A stretch of DNA of 64,000 nucleotides from Gemmatimonadales bacterium (GCA_041577295.1 JBFGJG010000004.1:71816-135815); one strand, 5' to 3'. Shown: positions 20,096 through 29,851, numbered from the stretch's first letter. Program-made: numbers and translations. Notes: generated by a model from the sequence alone, not told the origin.

Positions 20096-21013
20096 ATGAC
20101 TCAATCCCTCGAGCAGCTTCAGGACGCGCTGCCGTCCACGTACAAGGTCATCCGCGACCTCGGCCAAGGCAGCTTCGCCAGCGGCTATGAGGTGGACGAC
20201 CTGGCAGGTGGCACCAGAGCCGTGCTCAAGGTGCTCCGGCCTGGCATTGCCAAGGCGGTCGATCCGGAACGTTTTATCGAGGCTATTCGATCAGCGGCTG
20301 CACTGCAGCATCCCAACATTCTGGCGGTGTATGACGCCGGACAGGCGGGAGAATACCTCTACTTCGTCAGGCCGTTTGCGCAGGGGGAGTCACTGCGGGA
20401 CCGGCTCGACCTCGAGGAGCAACTTCCGCTCGAAGAATCGCTTCAGATTGCCCGCGAAGTGGCCGATTCAATGGGGTTCGCTCACGCCCACGACGTCGTG
20501 CACGGTGACATTCGCCCGGAGAACATTTTGCTGCGGGATGGTCATGCGGTGGTGAGCGACTTTGGCGTGGAGAAGGCCGTGCTCCAGGCGGCCGAAGAGA
20601 ACCTCGCGTCTCTGTCTACGGTAGTGGACACGTCGTCCTATATGAGCCCGGAGCGGCTTGAGGGACATCGCACGCTTGACGTGCGCAGCGACGTGTATTC
20701 GCTCGGGTGCGTCCTGTACGAGATGCTCACTGGCCATCCGCCTGCCAAGGCAGGGCCCGGTGAAGAAAACTTGGCAGCACTTCGCTCAGACGTTCCGGCG
20801 GATATTGTCGAGGCACTCAATCGCGCGCTCTCCCCCCAGCCCGACCAGAGGTTCCCGACCGCTGGGCAGTTCTGTGACGCGCTCCGCGTGGCTCGCCTTT
20901 CGACGGGCAAGTACGCCCTCCTCGAGCCGACCAGTCGGTTCAGCCCCAAAATGGCTGGGACGCTGATCCTAGTGGTCGTGATCGCCATCATCGCACTCTT
21001 CATGTGGTTGTGA
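20096..21013 (+). CDS. Ser/Thr kinase-like protein with C-terminal membrane anchor (degenerate motifs)
   Basis: LGQGSFA, HPNIL, HGDIRPENILL, DFG, YMSPE, SDVYSLG. Ends in a TM helix. Confidence 0.85.
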   Translation: MTQSLEQLQDALPSTYKVIRDLGQGSFASGYEVDDLAGGTRAVLKVLRPGIAKAVDPERFIEAIRSAAALQHPNILAVYDAGQAGEYLYFVRPFAQGESLRDRLDLEEQLPLEESLQIAREVADSMGFAHAHDVVHGDIRPENILLRDGHAVVSDFGVEKAVLQAAEENLASLSTVVDTSSYMSPERLEGHRTLDVRSDVYSLGCVLYEMLTGHPPAKAGPGEENLAALRSDVPADIVEALNRALSPQPDQRFPTAGQFCDALRVARLSTGKYALLEPTSRFSPKMAGTLILVVVIAIIALFMWL

Positions 21014-21058
21014 GGGCATTGCGTCGTGTGGACAGCTAGCAACTGCGGGACACCACTT

Positions 21059-22639
21059 ATGCTTCTGCTCCTGTTGCTGGCTTGGAACGTCGGCTGTGCC
21101 GGGCGAGATTCGTCGGTCGCTTCCTATGATCTTGTGATTACAAACGGCCTGATCATTGACGGAACCGGATCACCAGGGTATCGCGCTGACGTGGCACTGT
21201 CGGGAGACCGAGTCGTCCGGGTTGCGACGGACGGCATTCCCATCTCGCAAGCAAATGAAGTCATCGACGCAACGGGTCTGATTGTCGCCCCCGGCTTCAT
21301 CGATAACCACGCGCATATTCAGACGACGATTCACGAGCACCCCTTGGCGGAAAACTTCATGCGTCAGGGCCTCACCACCATCCTGGCCACGCTGCACAGC
21401 GGTGATCAGCCGTGGCCGCTCGCCGAGTATATAGCCTCGCTCCGCGTTGCCCCGAACGTGGGTTTCTTTGCTGGCCATACGTGGACACGGAAGCAAGTAT
21501 TGGGCTTGGAAAATCGTGCGCCTACGGCGGACGAGCTGGAGGAGATGAAATCGCTTGTAGACCGGAGTATGCGGGAGGGTGCACTTGGATTCTCCACAGG
21601 CCTCCTCTACGTGCCGGCGAACTACGCGGCGACGGAGGAGATCGTCGCGCTTGCCAAGGTTGCCGCGCAGCATGGAGGGATCTACGTCTCCCACATGCGG
21701 AACGAAGGCACTGGGCTAATCGAGTCCGTCGCCGAGGTGATCCGGATCGCCCACGAAGCCGGCATCCCGGCACAGATCAACCACCATAAGGCAGTCGGGG
21801 TGAATCAGTGGGGTTGGTCGGCCCGCACGCTGGCCATGATCGACTCGGCGAACGCCGCGGGGTTGGACGTGAAGCACGACCTCTATCCCTACACCGCGTC
21901 GAGCACTGGGTCGAGCATTCTCTTTCCGCAGTGGGCCCTCGCGGGCGGACGTGATTCGCTCGCAGCGCGGCTCGGCGACCCAGCAACCCGCACGCGCATC
22001 GAAATGGAGATGCGCGCGATCATGGAGCAGGAGAGGGCGGGGGAGGACCTTGCGCGCATACAATTTCGCGTAGTGCCGTCAGACCAGCGTTACAATGGAA
22101 AAACCTTGGCGGATCTAGCACGCGATCGCGGACTGCCCAACTCCGTTGCAAGTGGGATTCAGCTGGTGATCGAGTTACAGCTCGCGGGTGGGTTCAGCGC
22201 GATTTATCACAGTATGGATGAAGGGGACGTGATTCGCATCATGCAGCACCCGCTTGCTATGATCGAGACCGACGGTGACCCCATTGGCTATGGGATGGGA
22301 TTTCCGCATCCGCGGAGCTATGGTGCGTTCGCTCGCGTCTTGGCCCGATACGTGCGCGAGCTGGAGGTGATCACGCTCGAAGAAGCCATCAAAAAGATGA
22401 CGTCGATGCCGGCGGATCAGTTCGGGCAGCACGAACGCGGACGAATCCAAGCAGGGGCCTACGCCGATCTTACGATCTTCGATCCAGCCACCATACAGGA
22501 CGAAGCAACCTTCAGCGATCCCCATCAGTATGCGGTGGGCGTACACCATTTGGTGGTCAACGGCGTGCCGGTGATTCGCGGCGGGGCCTTCACCGGGGAA
22601 AGACCGGGCCGCGTGCTCACAGGGCCGGCTCGACGGTAA
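21059..22639 (+). CDS. N-acyl-D-amino-acid deacylase family amidohydrolase (lipoprotein)
   Basis: APGFIDNHAH, STGLLYVP, SHMRNEG, DLYPYTASST, HPRSYGAFARVL. Lipobox VGC. Confidence 0.9.
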   Translation: MLLLLLLAWNVGCAGRDSSVASYDLVITNGLIIDGTGSPGYRADVALSGDRVVRVATDGIPISQANEVIDATGLIVAPGFIDNHAHIQTTIHEHPLAENFMRQGLTTILATLHSGDQPWPLAEYIASLRVAPNVGFFAGHTWTRKQVLGLENRAPTADELEEMKSLVDRSMREGALGFSTGLLYVPANYAATEEIVALAKVAAQHGGIYVSHMRNEGTGLIESVAEVIRIAHEAGIPAQINHHKAVGVNQWGWSARTLAMIDSANAAGLDVKHDLYPYTASSTGSSILFPQWALAGGRDSLAARLGDPATRTRIEMEMRAIMEQERAGEDLARIQFRVVPSDQRYNGKTLADLARDRGLPNSVASGIQLVIELQLAGGFSAIYHSMDEGDVIRIMQHPLAMIETDGDPIGYGMGFPHPRSYGAFARVLARYVRELEVITLEEAIKKMTSMPADQFGQHERGRIQAGAYADLTIFDPATIQDEATFSDPHQYAVGVHHLVVNGVPVIRGGAFTGERPGRVLTGPARR

Positions 22640-24386
22640 CCCCTCCATTGGGGCGCTGATAAACGATACGCCCGTTCAACACGGTCAACTGGCACTCCAT
22701 CTCTTTGATCTGATCGGCCGTGCCGGAATACAAGTCTAGATCCCACACCGCGATGTCCGCGTACTTGCCGACCTCGAGTGATCCAATACGGTCCTCGAGA
22801 AACATCTGATGCGCGCTCCATATGGTAAATGAGCGGAGGGCCGTTCGGATGTCTATGGCTTCGTCCATGCTATACGGGTCTTTTCCGTACACCCCCAGCA
22901 GCGGTTCGCGCGCGAGCGATGCCCACAGTCCGTATCGCGCAGGGAACGGGGTCACATTGTAGTCCGACCCGGTGGCCCAGCGGATGCCGCGATCCCGATA
23001 TGTCCGAAACGGGTTGAGCCGCTTGGCGCGGACAGCTCCAAAGTTCCCAGCGTAGGTATCCCCAATCCACCACATGAAGGTGGCCGAGGGTTCGGGATAC
23101 CCCGCGTCGTATTCCTGCTGGAGACTGGCCATGACGTCGAGCGCGTGATTTGTGGGGATGTTGGCGTGAATGATCCCGTGTCGTAATCCTGCAACCGGAT
23201 TCTCGTCCAGCACCATCTGATAGCTGTCCACGACCCAGTCGATGGCGCGATCGCCGATCGAGTGAACGCTCACGTGCAGCCCGGCATCGTGGAAGAGCTC
23301 GATGCGCTCGCGAATACCCTCTGGCGGCACGACGGGATAACCGACGTTACCCTCGTCCACGCCTTCAAAGTCCTTGTTCCATTGGTCGTACACCCACGCC
23401 GTCCGTGCCCCGCCGCTGCCGTCGATGTACATCTTGATGCCACCGGATATGAGACGATCGTCCCCCGTGCTGATATGTGGTTTGGTAAACGGTCCGATGC
23501 GTTCCAAGAGCTCGCGCGCGTTCTCCGTGGTCGTGCCGGCCTGCCATAGCGCAAACACACGAACGGTCAAGCCGCCATCGGCCAACACTTGCTGATAGGC
23601 ATCCCATTCGGCGAATCCAATGCCCGGATCCTTGAGGCCCGTCATACCCTCTTCGTTGAACGCCTTTGCGAGCTCACGAATGCCCTCTCGCACCTGCTCG
23701 GCACTGTGGTCGGGTATGAGCCCGGTCACGAGCTGTTGTGCGCTCTCCTTCAAGACTCCGGTGGGCCTGCCGTCTGGATCGCGATCGATGGTGCCGCCGG
23801 GAGGGTCCGGCGTGTTGCGATCGATGCCCGCCAAGCGCAGCGCGAGGCTGTTGGCAACTCCGTAATGCCCCATCGTGTGGGTCAGCCACACCGGATTCCG
23901 CGGTGCCACGGAATCGAGATCGGCGGCGTAGATGTATCGGCGCTCCTCGAGTTTCCCTTCATCCCATCCGCGGCCCCGCACCCATCCTCCGGTCCCGAGA
24001 CGCTCGAGCTGTGTCGCGACCGCCGCTACCACATCGCCAATGCTTCGCACCGTCGGATAGCTCAGGTCCAGAACATACAGCCGGGTGGCGCCTCCCCACG
24101 CGAAGTGCGCGTGCGCATCCAGTAGACCGGGCGTGGCTGTGAGGCCGTTGAGATCGAGGCGATCGGTTTGCGGTCCGGCGAGGCGCTCGATGTCCACGCT
24201 CGCTCCCAATGCAACGATCTTTCCGTCCCTGATGGCCAACGCCTGCACCACCCGATCGTGGGCATCCACGGTGATGATGTTGCCGTTGACCATGATCATG
24301 TCGGGTGGAATACCGGGGCCGCGGCACCCGGCCGAGAGCGCGGTGATCGAGAGGAGCGCTACCGTGGCCCAGGCAAGGTTTGGCAT
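22617..24386 (-). CDS. Amidohydrolase-3 (YtcJ-like) lipoprotein
   Basis: PGLLDAHAH, GRPTGVLKE, IKMYIDGS, HSIGDRA, GSD, GSLEVGKYAD. Lipobox SAGC. Confidence 0.9.
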   Translation of the reverse strand: MPNLAWATVALLSITALSAGCRGPGIPPDMIMVNGNIITVDAHDRVVQALAIRDGKIVALGASVDIERLAGPQTDRLDLNGLTATPGLLDAHAHFAWGGATRLYVLDLSYPTVRSIGDVVAAVATQLERLGTGGWVRGRGWDEGKLEERRYIYAADLDSVAPRNPVWLTHTMGHYGVANSLALRLAGIDRNTPDPPGGTIDRDPDGRPTGVLKESAQQLVTGLIPDHSAEQVREGIRELAKAFNEEGMTGLKDPGIGFAEWDAYQQVLADGGLTVRVFALWQAGTTTENARELLERIGPFTKPHISTGDDRLISGGIKMYIDGSGGARTAWVYDQWNKDFEGVDEGNVGYPVVPPEGIRERIELFHDAGLHVSVHSIGDRAIDWVVDSYQMVLDENPVAGLRHGIIHANIPTNHALDVMASLQQEYDAGYPEPSATFMWWIGDTYAGNFGAVRAKRLNPFRTYRDRGIRWATGSDYNVTPFPARYGLWASLAREPLLGVYGKDPYSMDEAIDIRTALRSFTIWSAHQMFLEDRIGSLEVGKYADIAVWDLDLYSGTADQIKEMECQLTVLNGRIVYQRPNGGVTVEPAL

Positions 24387-24474
24387 GAGGACGCCTTTCC
24401 GTGCGAGAAACGCGGTTGGAGAGAAAAAAGACGATTTACAGCGCCGGAACGGTGGAACGTAATGGCGAACCGGG

Positions 24475-24813
24475 CTAAGCGTCTCGCGGAGCTTCGAGGT
24501 CGTCGAGGGCAGTGGCGATCATCGACAGGGTGACGCCCCCAGCGAAGCGTCTCAGCTCGTGCCCTCCACGAAACAACACGAGTGTCGGCAACGAGCGAAC
24601 GCCGTAGTCCTCGGCCGCAGCCGGATGGGCATCCGTGTTGACGGCAACGAAACGCCACGCATCGGCGCGATCTTGGGCCATCTGAGAGAGGTGTGGGCGC
24701 AACACGCGGCATGGTGCGCACCACGGTGACCAAAAGTCGACGACCACGCCGCGGGGCTCGTCCCGAATCACCTCTCCCAGCGTCCTCCCATCGAGCTCGT
24801 CGATGCGGCTCAC
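24475..24813 (-). CDS. Thioredoxin
   Basis: VVDFWSPWCAPCR, YGVRSLPTL. Its GTG start overlaps the upstream TGA (GTGA). Confidence 0.9.
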   Translation of the reverse strand: MSRIDELDGRTLGEVIRDEPRGVVVDFWSPWCAPCRVLRPHLSQMAQDRADAWRFVAVNTDAHPAAAEDYGVRSLPTLVLFRGGHELRRFAGGVTLSMIATALDDLEAPRDA

Positions 24814-25391
24814 ACGAGCTGCTCCTGGCGGTACGCCATGTTGGGCTCGTACTCGCTTGCTTCATCGGCGTCCATATGCATCGTGATGTTGAACTTGTTT
24901 CCCCAATTGAAAATGCCGCACGCGAACACCATCTCGACGATCTCTTCCTCAGTAAAGATCCGCTTGAGCTCCGTGAAGAACTCATCGGTGACGGTGTGAG
25001 GATCGAGCGCAATACGCTCCGCGAGGGAGACCGCCATCGCCTCCCGCTCGTTGAGCACGCCACCGCTCTTGGGTTGATGCTTGTGGCAGGCAGCTTCTTT
25101 AGGGCCCACGGCGCCGCGCACGGCGGCGGTGCGGACCGTCATTCAGTACGCGCAGTCGTTGATGGTTCCGGTCTTGATGCGCATCAGCTCGTGGATATGC
25201 GGCTCGACCTTGCCGGCACCAAAGAACGCTCCAAAAACCGGAACGATGGTCTTCAGCAGCTCTGGGCACCGAGCGATAACACCGAACATTGCTGAGTCGC
25301 TCCACCAGCCGTCTCGGCCCTGTTGGAGCAATTCGTTAACGGCTGGATCGGGGCTGTCGCCCGGTTTCAGCGGCGTGATACGGGTGGTCAT
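24810..25391 (-). CDS. AhpD/CMD-like protein, probable selenoprotein (in-frame TGA 25143-25145, U83)
   Basis: HELMRIKTGTINDCAY-TGA-MTVRTAA continues in frame into the 24810..25142 ORF (EREAMAVSLAERIALDP..VTDEFF.ELKRIFTEEEIVEM), a typical CMD C-terminal half. 193 aa if read through. Confidence 0.85.
25107..25142 (-). promoter_or_regulatory. Candidate bacterial SECIS element
   Basis: GC-rich hairpin right after the TGA: GTC-CGCAC-cgccgcc-GTGCG-c-GGC, or alternatively GCCGC-cgtgc-GCGGC. Both have G at loop position 2. The fold is ambiguous. Confidence 0.4.
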
Positions 25392-26065
25392 GGCGATTTC
25401 CTGAAGTGGGTGAAAGAACGGGAAGTCGACTTATCGAGTTGCCAATCGTCGATCTGCTTTCGTACGGCACGGACCATACGTTCGAGCTCGGCAGTGCTTG
25501 CGCCGGCACGAGATGCAACGTTGAGACCCAGCACGAAACCCAAGAGGAGATCGGCCCGCGATCCGACGTGATCGCCGTATGAGTCGCCGGCCGCCACAGA
25601 TCGTTTGATCGCCCGTTGAAGCGCACGGCGTAGCCGAAGCCGGTATTGCGAAGCACGCTCCATCCCGACGGTTTTGACCCTGACATCCTCAGAGGTTGTG
25701 TTTATCAGCAGGCATCCACGGGGGCGGTGATCGACGATCCACCTTCCCAGCGCGGTGAAGAACTCGGTGAGCGCAGCCAAACCGTCGGTCGAAGTCTCAA
25801 GTGGCGTGACGAGCCGGTCGGTCACCTGTCGCTCGTATCGCTCGAGCGCCGCATTCAGCAGTTCACGTTTGGAGCCGAAGGTGTTGTAGATGGATGAGGG
25901 CGCAAGGCCCAGCGCCGCTTCGAGATCGCGAGTCGTCGTGGACCGGTACCCACGTTCCCAAAAGACCTCGACCGCTCCGTCGAGGACTTTGTCACGATCG
26001 AACGACCGAGGCCGGCCCGCGGTGCGACGCCGGTGCGGGCGTGAGGGGTTCCTGGTGGGTCGCAT
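25388..26065 (-). CDS. TetR/AcrR family transcriptional regulator (NemR/ComR-like)
   Basis: GRPRSFD...FWERGY..TT..DL...LGL.PSSIYNTFGSKRELL HTH and RGCLLINT. Its TGA overlaps the ATG of the AhpD-like gene (ATGA). Confidence 0.92.
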   Translation of the reverse strand: MRPTRNPSRPHRRRTAGRPRSFDRDKVLDGAVEVFWERGYRSTTTRDLEAALGLAPSSIYNTFGSKRELLNAALERYERQVTDRLVTPLETSTDGLAALTEFFTALGRWIVDHRPRGCLLINTTSEDVRVKTVGMERASQYRLRLRRALQRAIKRSVAAGDSYGDHVGSRADLLLGFVLGLNVASRAGASTAELERMVRAVRKQIDDWQLDKSTSRSFTHFRKSP

Positions 26066-26091
26066 AGCAGCTCTTGCGTTGGCGAACTGGT

Positions 26092-26113
26092 TTTTGGAGC
26101 ATACGCTCCAAAA
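26092..26113. promoter_or_regulatory. Palindromic operator, probable TetR binding site
   Basis: Perfect inverted repeat TTTTGGAGC-atac-GCTCCAAAA just upstream of the tetR start. Confidence 0.75.
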
Positions 26114-26126
26114 TGTGGATGCGCAA
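26098..26126 (-). promoter_or_regulatory. sigma70-type promoter of the tetR operon
   Basis: Minus strand TTGCGC (26126-26121), 17-nt spacer, TATGCT (26103-26098). The -10 lies inside the palindrome. Confidence 0.6.
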
Positions 26127-26170
26127 GTTACGCATGGACCGGGGACACCGTCCTGAAAACGACCGCACTG

Positions 26171-26764
26171 TCAAGCCTGACCTGATTCGCTCCCCCGGCG
26201 ACGTAAGACCTCACCCCATTCGGGATGATCGGCAGGCCTGATCCCACGAGTCACGGCTTCGGCGCGAACGCGTGACTCGAGATTGATCAGCTCGCGCTCC
26301 GACCGACCCAGCGGCCCGACCGGTACATGGAAGAACGTCCCGCTACCTCCAGCACCAATCTTTGTCTCGATCCAACCGGTCACACGCGTCGACGCGCTCG
26401 ACTGCGGATCGAACGGAAAGGCAAAACGAACCGCCCGATTCGGTGCAACCCGACACTTCGTACTCGGAATCCATGACACGGTGTGGGGTCCCAGCTCGTG
26501 GTCTTGCTCGAGTTCGAACCCCTCAGGAGTCGGCAGTGGGTCTCGATCCAAGGCCCCGTCGTGGGTGATGCGGATGAGCCTGTATACGCGCGGGGTTCCT
26601 ACGAGTGTTACATCAGCCGTGGTGACTGTCTTGCTCTTCTCATCCAGCAACTCCACTCGGCAACAGGCGAAGGCTCCGGTTGCCTGACGCGTGAACCACG
26701 TCACGTATCCGAGCAGGACTCCCCCAAGCAGGATGAGCGCGGTGGCCAGTACGAGCCACATCAT
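26171..26764 (-). CDS. Hypothetical membrane-anchored protein
   Basis: N-terminal hydrophobic helix, 197-aa ORF filling the gap. No family recognised. Confidence 0.55.
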   Translation of the reverse strand: MMWLVLATALILLGGVLLGYVTWFTRQATGAFACCRVELLDEKSKTVTTADVTLVGTPRVYRLIRITHDGALDRDPLPTPEGFELEQDHELGPHTVSWIPSTKCRVAPNRAVRFAFPFDPQSSASTRVTGWIETKIGAGGSGTFFHVPVGPLGRSERELINLESRVRAEAVTRGIRPADHPEWGEVLRRRGSESGQA

Positions 26765-27037
26765 CGGTCAAATACGGGGCTCACAAACATGGCGCAACCT
26801 AACAAGGTGCGGCATATCGGGAATCGCCGTGAGCCGTTGATCATTGGTGTTGGTGATAGGAGGCGCTGTTCAGCTAACTAGCGCATATTGGTCGGTGCCT
26901 CGAGAACCGTCGTTTCACGGACGAGCTGAGTTCGGTACGTTTAGGTCCCGTTGTCGGCGGGCGAGTCGCCCCCGCACAATCGGCGGCAACAGGAGTGGCG
27001 TCATGTCAATGCCTTTGGTACTACTAGGTATCTGCGT

Positions 27038-28786
27038 ATGAAATACTCTCTTTTGGCTTGCGTAGCACTTGGTCTCACCTCCCAACTCGTTGCTCAGTCG
27101 TCCGGCATACGGACGTACTGCAACCCGCTCGATGTCAACTATCAGTACAATTTTGAGCACGTCAACGATGGCGTTTCCTACCGCTCTGGAGCCGATCCGG
27201 TCATCGTGAATCACAAAGGTGAATACTACCTGTTCGCAACCATCGCACAGGGTTGGTGGCATTCGAAAGATTTAGTCAGTTGGCGACATGTTCGCCCCGA
27301 CAAGTGGCCCGTGCGCGGCGTCGTGGCGCCGGCGGCGCTTTCCGTGCGCGATACACTATACCTGTTACCGTCGACGTATGACCGACTTCCGATCTTCTAC
27401 ACCACCACCCCAGCAACGGGTCACTTGGAGTATTTCAACCGGTTGATGCCATTCATGCCGCGGGTGAGAGGACCGTGGGATCCCGCCTTCTTCCACGATC
27501 CTGATACCGATGCGTGGTACCTGTACTTTGGCTCCTCGAATCTCCACCCACTCTACGGAATCGCACTCGACCATTCCAGACGGCTCACGTACGATGGCGA
27601 GCCCAAGGATCTCATTCTGTTGCACCCCGAACAACACGGCTGGGAGCGATTTGGGCAAGATCATCGCGAAACGATTGATCCGTTCATGGAAGGCGCTTGG
27701 GTGACCAAGCACGGTGGGAAGTACTATCTGCAGTACGGAGCGCCGGGCACGGAGTATAACGTGTACGCCAACGGTACGTATGTCGGCGACGATCCGTTGG
27801 GGCCCTTTACGTACGCGCCGTACAACCCCGTCTCATACAAACCCGGTGGCTTCATGGCGGGAGCTGGGCACGGCAACACGTTTCAGGACAAGTACGGGAA
27901 TTACTGGAACACCGGCACCCCGTGGGTCGGTGTGAATTGGAATTTTGAGCGACGCATCGCCATGTTTCCGGCCGGATTCGACCGGGATGGGCAGATGTTT
28001 TCCAATACCCGGTTTGGAGATTTCCCGCACTACGCGCCCACGGGAAGATGGGCAGACAAGGACGACCTGTTTACCGGTTGGATGTTGCTCTCTTACCGAA
28101 AACCTGCTTCTGCTTCATCGGTACGGGATACGTTCCGCGTCGAGAACGTGACGGATGAGAACCCGCGTACGTTCTGGGTAGCAGACACCAACCGCCCCGA
28201 CGAGTGGCTCACGATCGATCTGCTGAGACCCTATCACATCGAGGCCTTGCAGATCAATTACACCGATTACAAGTCGGGCATCTTCATTAGCGATTCGACT
28301 GTTTACACGCAGTTTCGTGTATACGGTTCGACCGATGGAGAAGACTGGGTCCGGCTGGCTGATCTCACCGGTGAGAAGCGTGACCGCCCCAACGCGTACA
28401 TTGAGCTTCCCGAGTCGATCGCAGCACGCTACGTCCGCTACGACCATGTCTATGTTGCATCCCCGCATCTCGCGATAAGTGATATCCGAGTCTTTGGCAA
28501 TGGGAGCGGTCCGCCTCCACGAACGCCATCCAACCTCGTAGTTGAGCGCGACGCGGATCCTCGCAATGCCTTGATCAGGTGGGAGCCGGTTCCGCGTGTC
28601 GTCGGGTACAACATCCTGTGGGGCATTGCCGAAGATAAGCTCTATCAGACCTATCAAGTCTTTGCCGATCGAGGAAACGACCTCGAGCTGCGCGCGTTGA
28701 CTGTCGGGCAAGATTACTATTTTGCCATCGAGGCATTTGATGAGAATGGTGTTTCAGAGGTGAGCGAGGTCGTGTACAGTCGGTGA
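27038..28786 (+). CDS. Secreted glycoside hydrolase family 43 with F5/8 type C (discoidin) and Fn3 domains
   Basis: RTYCNP, RSGADP, WDPAFF, FMEGAW, YYLQY, GHG, then DENPRTFW and YYFAIEAFDENG. Start placed at MKYSLL. Confidence 0.85.
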   Translation: MKYSLLACVALGLTSQLVAQSSGIRTYCNPLDVNYQYNFEHVNDGVSYRSGADPVIVNHKGEYYLFATIAQGWWHSKDLVSWRHVRPDKWPVRGVVAPAALSVRDTLYLLPSTYDRLPIFYTTTPATGHLEYFNRLMPFMPRVRGPWDPAFFHDPDTDAWYLYFGSSNLHPLYGIALDHSRRLTYDGEPKDLILLHPEQHGWERFGQDHRETIDPFMEGAWVTKHGGKYYLQYGAPGTEYNVYANGTYVGDDPLGPFTYAPYNPVSYKPGGFMAGAGHGNTFQDKYGNYWNTGTPWVGVNWNFERRIAMFPAGFDRDGQMFSNTRFGDFPHYAPTGRWADKDDLFTGWMLLSYRKPASASSVRDTFRVENVTDENPRTFWVADTNRPDEWLTIDLLRPYHIEALQINYTDYKSGIFISDSTVYTQFRVYGSTDGEDWVRLADLTGEKRDRPNAYIELPESIAARYVRYDHVYVASPHLAISDIRVFGNGSGPPPRTPSNLVVERDADPRNALIRWEPVPRVVGYNILWGIAEDKLYQTYQVFADRGNDLELRALTVGQDYYFAIEAFDENGVSEVSEVVYSR

Positions 28787-28858
28787 GGTTTGCACACGGC
28801 GGATGGACGCCTACAAACGGTCGCCCAAGCCTCTGAGGAATGGACGGAGAGGAGGAAT

Positions 28859-29836
28859 TCAGTCCTGTCCCCCCAGTTCCTTCTCCCATGCAGATAGCGC
28901 CACTTGGTAGTAGCGATCCGAGAACAACGTCCACTCGCTCAGCCCGGATGGGAGCCGAAACTCTCGCGCTGCCTCCTCCGCAGTCATACCGACTTCGTGT
29001 GCTCGACGGGCGGCCGCTTCGACGAGATCGAGCAGCTCGACGTAGCTGGTGAGCTCGCGATCGGTCGGCATGGCACCGTGACCAGGCACATAGCGAGCAC
29101 GGCGATCCCGCGTCATGGCCCGAACCTCACGCGACAGCACCGACGGCGTGGCGTCCCGGTAGTTGGGGAAGAATCCGTTCCACAGCAGGTCACCACCAAA
29201 GACAACGGGTGGATCGTCGACGGACACGGACAGGTCGCTCGCCGTGTGACCCGAGCGCGACGTGATCGTCACGCGCGCACCGCCCAGGTCGATCACGCGT
29301 ACGGTCTCTGGCTCCATCAGCTCGGCGTGGGCGAGAGCTTCCATTGCTGTGCTCGCGCGTCCGCGCCGCTCAGCTGACTCTCGCAACGTGTCTCGGGTAA
29401 CCTGGGTTGTTACATAGCGCGGGCCCGAGCCGTCCATGAGATACCCGGCCAGACCCGAAGAGTGATCTCCATGATAGTGCGAAAGCACGACATGCGTGGG
29501 GCGACGACCGGTCAGCTCTTGGGTCGCGTCGGCCATCCATCGTGCGCCGTCATCCGAGGCGAATCCCTCGACAACGAGAACGCCGGAGCGTCCTGCGACA
29601 ATGCCGCCATTGGAGAACGTCTTCGTGGCCTCGTTGCCGCCGGCCAGCGGTGTGGAGATCAGCGCCCACACGCGATCGGACAGTCGCTCCAAACTACCCC
29701 ATGGCTCGTGAGCCACCACCGTTCCGGACGACCGAGGCGCGAACGCGCGGCGTGCGGCGTGGGGCATCAGGGCGCCCGCCAGCCAAACGTGGGCAGCGCA
29801 CGACGCACTGGTTCCCAAGAAGTCTCTGCGATTCAT
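28859..29836 (-). CDS. Tat-exported MBL-fold metallo-hydrolase
   Basis: MNRRDFL Tat motif, SHYHGDH, GHT, FGGDL, VPGHG. Confidence 0.88.
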   Translation of the reverse strand: MNRRDFLGTSASCAAHVWLAGALMPHAARRAFAPRSSGTVVAHEPWGSLERLSDRVWALISTPLAGGNEATKTFSNGGIVAGRSGVLVVEGFASDDGARWMADATQELTGRRPTHVVLSHYHGDHSSGLAGYLMDGSGPRYVTTQVTRDTLRESAERRGRASTAMEALAHAELMEPETVRVIDLGGARVTITSRSGHTASDLSVSVDDPPVVFGGDLLWNGFFPNYRDATPSVLSREVRAMTRDRRARYVPGHGAMPTDRELTSYVELLDLVEAAARRAHEVGMTAEEAAREFRLPSGLSEWTLFSDRYYQVALSAWEKELGGQD

Positions 29837-29851
29837 CGGTCCCCCAATGGC

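Noticed and set aside
26790..26950. attC-like words (CCTAACAA, AGCTAAC) beside an orphan gene
   Set aside because: No matching GTTRRRY partner with a paired stem, no repeated sites and no integron integrase.
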